Part shown: positions 52,267 to 55,293 of the stretch, piece by piece | Position numbering within the stretch: the stretch's first letter is position 1 | How the letters are laid out: every line of letters starts with the position of its first letter | DNA from: an uncultured Nitrospirota bacterium | Lineage (GTDB): Bacteria; Nitrospirota; Thermodesulfovibrionia; Thermodesulfovibrionales; CALJEL01 | Direction: 5' to 3' | Length of the DNA: 55,293 nucleotides | Assembly: GCA_947085365.1 (NCBI GenBank) | Contig: CAMTWD010000070.1 | Coordinates: 1-55,293, forward strand | Program-made: the position numbers and the translations under genes | Notes under the pieces: model-generated | Seen by the model: only the letters and a program-made list of their open reading frames with translations | Database searches by the model: none | What the model was told of the DNA's origin: nothing

Positions 52267-52722
52267 ATGTCTCAGAGGATAGCGAGGTAGTAGAGGATTT
52301 CAGTAATCTGTGTTTACAACAATAAAAAGATCTTTGAAGAATGCCTCCTGAAGAGTCTTGAGGCCCAAACCATTCACACTACTACTTTGCCACCTTACGA
52401 ACTGATCGCCTTAGATAATTCAGATCGCCTCTTTAGATCTGCCTCTATTGCCCTTAATTACGGAGGATCAAAGGCAAAAGGAAGATACCTGCTCTTTGCC
52501 CATCAGGACATAGTCCTCTCTGACGAGAGGTTTTTAGAGAAGGCAGAGAGGCTCCTTGACTCTTTACCTGAAGTGGGAATCGCTGGAGTGGCTGGCGTGA
52601 ATGAGATGGTCATTGTAGATACAGGTTCTGAGGAGAGGACAAAGGATAGGATCGCCTATATCATGACAACGAGGAATTACTTTTATGTGAAACCTCTTCG
52701 AGTTGGAAGGCCTTTTTTGTGA
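52267..52722 (+). pseudogene. Family-2 glycosyltransferase remnant (in-frame TAG TAG at codons 8-9, and C-terminally truncated)
   Basis: ATG at 52267 gives MSQRIAR, then TAG TAG at 52288-52293, then in frame RISVICVYNNKKIFEECLLKSLEAQ...YELIALDNSD...LLFAHQDIVL (GT2 N-terminal pattern). It ends after about 150 codons, where composition changes. Confidence 0.5.
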
Positions 52723-53100
52723 CCTTTGTTCTCTAAAGTTTTTCCAGAAAACCTGCGTTAAGAAGCGATTCAAAGATTGAGTAGAGTTGTCCAGTTGATA
52801 TGGTTTCGGACTGTGAAGTGATGTGTGCAGTAGAGTTCATTTTCCTTTTTAATGAAACATTAAATGGAAATTTCCAGTACTTGTAAGAAAGCCCTATGCC
52901 TTCAGATATAGGGAAAAGTGACTCACTCAAACCAAGCTAAAAAAGGCTGGTAAATCTGTTTCCTCTGCAAGGAGACTGGTGGGGACAAAAGTTCCCTGTC
53001 AGTAACGAGGCATTAGCAGACTCTGGCTTCGTTAATTAACCTCTGGAGTGGCTGTCCACGACAGCAAACACCTTTGGAGTGCCCTATTCAAGTCAGAGTT

Positions 53101-53145
53101 TTTCCCTGCAAAGGGAAACCACCACTAAAGCGCCAGCTTAGTGGT
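53101..53145 (-). terminator. Two adjacent hairpins just 3' of the PLD-NTPase gene
   Basis: accactaa-N9-ttagtggt at 53121-53145 and tttccct-gcaa-agggaaa at 53101-53118. There is no clear U-tract. Confidence 0.3.
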
Positions 53146-53154
53146 TGGGGGATG

Positions 53155-55185
53155 TCATAGTCCCAATCTTTTAATAAACCTTTTTATTTTGCTTGGTTTT
53201 TCTTCAATGAAATCAAAAAACTTATCCCTGTTTAAAATAAGTAATCCTTTGTCTTCAACCACAACCTCAGGAGGAAGATACAGAAGATAGTCATCTCTTT
53301 CCTTTTTCTCAAGGTCAAGGTTTACAACAATCTTTCCATCCCTTGGAAGTTCTTCAAAGATTTCTTTTTTCCTCATGTAAAGCATCCGCCATATGTTTTT
53401 CCCTCTTTCATAATAATCTCTCAATGGCTCTGGATTAAACCAAGCAGGCACTGAAATTCCTGTTTCATTAAAGTAGGACTTAAATATTTCTCTTCCGAGA
53501 CTTAAAAAATCTCCTTCCATCTTTACATTTTTAATTGCATCTTCAACTCTAAATACAAAATCTCTGAATAGGTCTGTCCCAAAATTTTCTCTTATCTCTT
53601 CAAAATGTTTTAATGCCTCTGCTTCCTTTGATAGGTCAAAGGAGTTGTTTAACTGGATATAATAAATCCGTTTTATAACCTGTGCATCGGACTGAAATGT
53701 TGTGTTAGTTGTTGCAATAACTGTTGGATGTTTCCCTATTAAAGTATTCGATATCTCCTTTATAAAACTTTCACCCATAAAAGGTTTTGATACATTTTTT
53801 GAAGAAAAGTAAGCTCTATCTATTTCGTCTACAAAGATTGGGCAAAGATTCTCCTCCTTTAAAAACTCTTCAATAACCTGAGGTGGAATCTCTTTGTAGG
53901 ATGAGATCGTTGTTCTTGTGTAATAGTGGTAATACTGCTCATTGTTTCCTATTGCGAGGCTTACAAATCTCAGAAGGTGAGTCTTCCCTGTGTTTGCCTT
54001 TCCTGCAATGAGCAGGAAAACAGGGATTTTATAAAGTAATTCTGTTCTGTTTCTAAACTGCTTTCTTATGAACCACAAAAAAGGAGACATAAATGAGTAA
54101 AGAATAACCTCAAAGACTCTTTTTGGCGTTTGTTTATCTTCCTGCGAAGTAAATATCTCATAGGATTCAATAAATCTATCAAGTAAATTGAGCTTTTCCT
54201 TAAGTATATCTGGAGAGGCTGGTCTGCCAAACCTTTCAGCCCATTCTCCTCTTATTGCAACCAGACTTCCGTCATCCCATCTGAGGTCTATTCTCTGGTC
54301 TTCAAACTCAGTTCTTGTCTTTCTTTTTGTAAGAATCTGGATTATTCTATCCTTTTGTTTTTCAATCTCCAATTTAGGAAGAATTACTCCACGGGCATCT
54401 CTCTCTTTTCTTTTTATGATTAGATCGATTAACTCTCTTTCCTTCCTGATAATTCTAATCTCTTCATCCTTTCTCTTCTCTGCAGACTCAAGCATTTCTA
54501 TTGCTTCTTTAATCTCTTTTGCTGGAATTACAGGATTCTGTTGTCTTATCTCATCAGCAATCTCCTTTACAACATTTAAACTATCTTCTGGAACAATAAG
54601 GGTGACTTTGCCAGTTTTTAAGATCTTTTCCTTAAGGGATTGAGGGATAAAATCAATGCTTTTGCTGTAGATATTTCTGATTCTTTCAGCATAGTATTGG
54701 CACCACTGGGGATTAAAATTACTGTCATATCCGACAAGTTCTTCAAACTGTCTTCCCTCAAATGCAGACTGTGTGAAATTTGCTGAGCCAACAAAAACAA
54801 TTGAGAAGGCATCTTTTATGAGCCTGTAAATCTTTGAATGAATTCTCCATCCAATCGGTGCATATCTGATCTCAATATCTCCATGAGCAATCCTTTTCTG
54901 CGTTTCTTCGTCCAGCTCTTTGAGAAAGTCTTCCTGTGGTTCAGGGGAAAAATGAGTAAGAATTTCCCTGTCCTCTATCCCGAGGATTAAAAGAATCTTC
55001 TTAAAACCTTTCAATGTTTCAAAAAAGAATTTTGGAGAAGAGACATAGGTTACGACTTCTACTGTATCAAATCTTTCTGGATTAAAAAACTCCTTGAATC
55101 TTCCTGAAAACCTCTCGTTATTAAAAAGAATTGAGAGAGCCTCTTTCTGGGCAATAATCTCATTCTGTTTTTCAAAAAGATCCAT
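53155..55185 (-). CDS. PLD-family (HKD) nuclease domain fused to a P-loop NTPase (SF3/AAA-like)
   Basis: N-terminal IHSKIYRLIKDAFSIVFVGSANFT (HxK...GSxN). A central K/E/R-rich coiled coil. Walker A LLIAGKANTGKTHLL, Walker B PIFVDEIDRA, then VIATTNT. AT-rich, stand-alone gene. Confidence 0.7.
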   Translation of the reverse strand: MDLFEKQNEIIAQKEALSILFNNERFSGRFKEFFNPERFDTVEVVTYVSSPKFFFETLKGFKKILLILGIEDREILTHFSPEPQEDFLKELDEETQKRIAHGDIEIRYAPIGWRIHSKIYRLIKDAFSIVFVGSANFTQSAFEGRQFEELVGYDSNFNPQWCQYYAERIRNIYSKSIDFIPQSLKEKILKTGKVTLIVPEDSLNVVKEIADEIRQQNPVIPAKEIKEAIEMLESAEKRKDEEIRIIRKERELIDLIIKRKERDARGVILPKLEIEKQKDRIIQILTKRKTRTEFEDQRIDLRWDDGSLVAIRGEWAERFGRPASPDILKEKLNLLDRFIESYEIFTSQEDKQTPKRVFEVILYSFMSPFLWFIRKQFRNRTELLYKIPVFLLIAGKANTGKTHLLRFVSLAIGNNEQYYHYYTRTTISSYKEIPPQVIEEFLKEENLCPIFVDEIDRAYFSSKNVSKPFMGESFIKEISNTLIGKHPTVIATTNTTFQSDAQVIKRIYYIQLNNSFDLSKEAEALKHFEEIRENFGTDLFRDFVFRVEDAIKNVKMEGDFLSLGREIFKSYFNETGISVPAWFNPEPLRDYYERGKNIWRMLYMRKKEIFEELPRDGKIVVNLDLEKKERDDYLLYLPPEVVVEDKGLLILNRDKFFDFIEEKPSKIKRFIKRLGL

Positions 55186-55293
55186 AAAATATTATAAACA
55201 AATTGAGACGAATAAAGGGAGGTGCCGCATTAGATCATAAAAAATGTCCCCGAATCACCTCTGGTTAGATCAAAATTACTGTCCCTAAGTAAA

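Noticed and set aside
52733-52930. 65-aa minus-strand ORF (also 52564..52773)
   Set aside because: It has a TTG start, no SD and no recognisable motif. One of the two overlaps the glycosyltransferase remnant. These are probably non-coding.
1-55293. tRNA, rRNA, tmRNA, RNase P or SRP RNA genes, and transposase or integrase genes
   Set aside because: I recognised no cloverleaf or T-loop signatures and no conserved ncRNA boxes. No ORF shows DDE, serine-recombinase or tyrosine-recombinase motifs in this window.
55186-55293. A possible gene start at the right edge (ATG at 55248)
   Set aside because: The frame closes after 14 codons. The region is more likely the promoter of the PLD-NTPase gene.

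Overview
The 55.3-kb window has three compositional blocks. (1) 1-6014 is the 3' part of a minus-strand type I CRISPR-Cas effector operon: cas6, cas3 helicase, an HD-Cas3'' fused to a nucleotidyltransferase, HEPN, a cas8-like gene, a DUF433/PIN-like pair, then the start of cas7. No CRISPR array lies in the window. Everything from cas3 leftwards is AT-rich, while cas6 has core-like GC. (2) 6236-52082 is a very large flagellar/motility supercluster. On the minus strand it runs flgB-C, fliE-K, flgD-E, fliL-R, flhB-A-F-G, fliA, then flgF-G-A-H-I-J and flgM-N-K-L. Upstream sit two sigma54 enhancer-binding regulators, a histidine kinase and a TPR protein. A plus-strand block follows with CheY-like, HD-GYP, PilZ and two MotAB stator pairs. 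One consensus sigma28 promoter and several sigma54-type promoters are visible. (3) 52.7-55.3 kb is a second AT-rich segment carrying one 676-aa PLD(HKD)-nuclease/P-loop NTPase gene next to a truncated glycosyltransferase. The most unusual signal is a short dispersed repeat, core GTGGCGAAGTAACAG (21-mer ACTTAGTGGCGAAGTAACAGT). I counted about 50 copies by eye across block 2 and none in the AT-rich flanks. Copies occur singly, in tandem, as inverted pairs and as ~113-bp MITE-like units, often joined to a GC-rich 13-bp-stem hairpin module. Many copies lie inside ORFs, always in stop-free frames (SGEVTV / TVTSPL / CYFATK). All calls come from reading the sequence and ORF translations by eye; no searches were run.
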